A stretch of 44,468 nucleotides of DNA from Candidatus Hadarchaeota archaeon (GTDB taxonomy: Archaea; Hadarchaeota; Hadarchaeia; Hadarchaeales; WYZ-LMO6). This document shows, one piece after another, positions 43,338-44,468 of this stretch; position 1 is the first letter of the stretch, and each line of letters opens with the position of its first letter. The translations under genes were made by a program, and so were the position numbers. A model generated the notes under the pieces. It saw only the letters and a program-made list of their open reading frames with translations. It was not told the origin of the DNA and did not search any database. The stretch is taken from NCBI GenBank assembly GCA_964509845.1, contig CAZDZG010000002.1:1-44468 (forward strand), in the 5' to 3' direction.

Positions 43338-44128
43338 ACCTTCAGCACTCCCTCCTTGACCAGGGCCTTCACCAGCTCCTCCACCTGCTGGGAGACCTCC
43401 CCCTCCTTGAAGATGATGTTCTTCCTCCCCATCACGGGGGCCTCGGCCTTCATCACCTGGATGGCCGACCCGGCGAGCCCCACCTCCTCCTTGCTAAGGC
43501 CCAGCTCCGCGGCCCCCCAGGTGTCCACCTTCTTCTTGGAGGCGGCCATGATCTTCGGGAGGGTGGCGAACCTGGGCTCGTTGATCTCCTTGGTGACCGT
43601 CACCACGGCCGGCAGCCTGCCCTCCACCACCTCGTATCCCTCCTCCAGATCCCTCTCCACCACGATCTTGCCGTTCTCGATGGAGACGATCTTCCTGACG
43701 TAGGTGAGCTGGGGGAGGTTCAGCAGGGCGGCCAGCCTGGGCCCCACCATCCCGGAGTACCCGTCCATGCTGGCCTCGGCCGTCAGGACCAGGTCCACGT
43801 TCCCTATCTTCCTGATGGCCGCCGCCAGCACCCTGGCGGTGGCGAGGGTATCGGAGTTCTCGAAGGCTGGGTCGCTGAGCAGGTAGGCGTTGTCTATCCC
43901 CATGGCCAGGGCTTCCCTGAGGGCCCTCATGGCGTCCTGGGGCCCCATGCTGATGACGAAGGTTTCGGCCCCGTACTTCTCCTTGAGCCTGATGGCCTCC
44001 TCGATGGCGTTCTTGTCGAAATCGCTTATCTTCCTGGAAACGCCGTCCGTGATAAGGAGCCTGGTGCTGGGATCCACCTTGAGCTCGGCGGGATCAAAGA
44101 CCTGTTTGATGCACACCACGATGCGCAT
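43334..44128 (-). CDS. etfB: Electron transfer flavoprotein subunit beta (FixA/EtfB)
   Basis: IVVCIKQV.D, D.NAIEEA.RLKE, MGP, ALAMG.D, DTLATA, INEPR. Start at ATG 44128. Confidence 0.95.
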   Translation of the reverse strand: MRIVVCIKQVFDPAELKVDPSTRLLITDGVSRKISDFDKNAIEEAIRLKEKYGAETFVISMGPQDAMRALREALAMGIDNAYLLSDPAFENSDTLATARVLAAAIRKIGNVDLVLTAEASMDGYSGMVGPRLAALLNLPQLTYVRKIVSIENGKIVVERDLEEGYEVVEGRLPAVVTVTKEINEPRFATLPKIMAASKKKVDTWGAAELGLSKEEVGLAGSAIQVMKAEAPVMGRKNIIFKEGEVSQQVEELVKALVKEGVLKV

Positions 44129-44148
44129 CGCCTTTTTCAACTTTTCCC

Positions 44149-44164
44149 CTATAAAAGATTTTTT
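44149..44164 (-). promoter_or_regulatory. TATA box with A-rich BRE for etfBA
   Basis: AAAAAATCTTTTATAG on the minus strand, ending about 20 nt upstream of ATG 44128. Confidence 0.65.
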
Positions 44165-44468
44165 GTCCCGGTAGGGGTGCCTGCCGGAGCTGACGCTCGG
44201 CATGGCTGATCTCTCGCGCACGGAGACCGTATTCATGAGGTAGAGAACACCCGAGATCTCCCAGAAGCACGAAGTGATAGGCTGACGTCACCGCTGTGGT
44301 TGCCTCCCTGCCGGAGGAGGCCACCCGGTACGGAGGACTTGCTAAGGGTTTAACGAAAATTTTCACCTCTCCAGAACCCGGAGCCGTATCAACAGCTGAA
44401 AGCGGCCTTGGTTTAGTGCTTCGCTGATGCTGGTCGGCGTCCTCAGCTTTCCGGCTCCGGAGAGTCCA

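Noticed and set aside
1-44468. Many long antisense or off-frame ORFs (e.g. 14120-15721, 18101-19813, 29149-30627)
   Set aside because: Pro/His/Gly-rich shadows of real genes, expected at high GC with few stop codons.
1-44468. CRISPR arrays, tRNA/rRNA, transposases, inteins
   Set aside because: No spaced repeats, cloverleaf or rRNA motifs, transposase or intein signatures seen by eye.
1-44468. Selenocysteine or pyrrolysine read-through in Hdr/AOR genes
   Set aside because: No conserved domain is interrupted by an in-frame TGA or TAG; the only break found is the frameshift at 31701.

Overview
A 44.5 kb, GC-rich, very gene-dense archaeal region (TFB, TiaS, archaeal-type ArgRS, TATA boxes), with about 47 protein genes and no recognisable tRNA, rRNA, CRISPR or mobile element. 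A thermophile is likely; Hadarchaeota is my unverified guess. Bases 1-9.3 kb are housekeeping (AAA ATPase, PHP, AMMECR1, Mut7-C, GGR-like, divergent TFB, DUF429, tiaS, argS). Bases 9.3-44.2 kb form a coenzyme-M/acyl-CoA supercluster: two component-A2 (AtwA) ATPases, a translationally coupled MCR activation/maturation operon (B12 radical SAM Gln-methyltransferase-like, mmp3-6-5-15-17-7, mcrD, mcrC, mmp8) without mcrA/B/G in the window, two FAD-oxidoreductase + CCG Fe-S pairs, a CoA-transferase, an AOR, a QueG/RDase-like protein, two ACD alpha subunits, thiolase + DUF35, two HdrCB pairs and ETF. The leading hypothesis (inference) is an alkyl-CoM reductase-using alkane oxidiser in which the block between the two atwA genes encodes the still unresolved alkyl-CoM -> aldehyde -> acid -> acyl-CoA step. 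Directly visible oddities: a loop-deleted McrD, a frameshifted PLP lyase, three likely CTG/ACG starts and altered Fe-S ligands. Family assignments come from motif recognition, not database searches.
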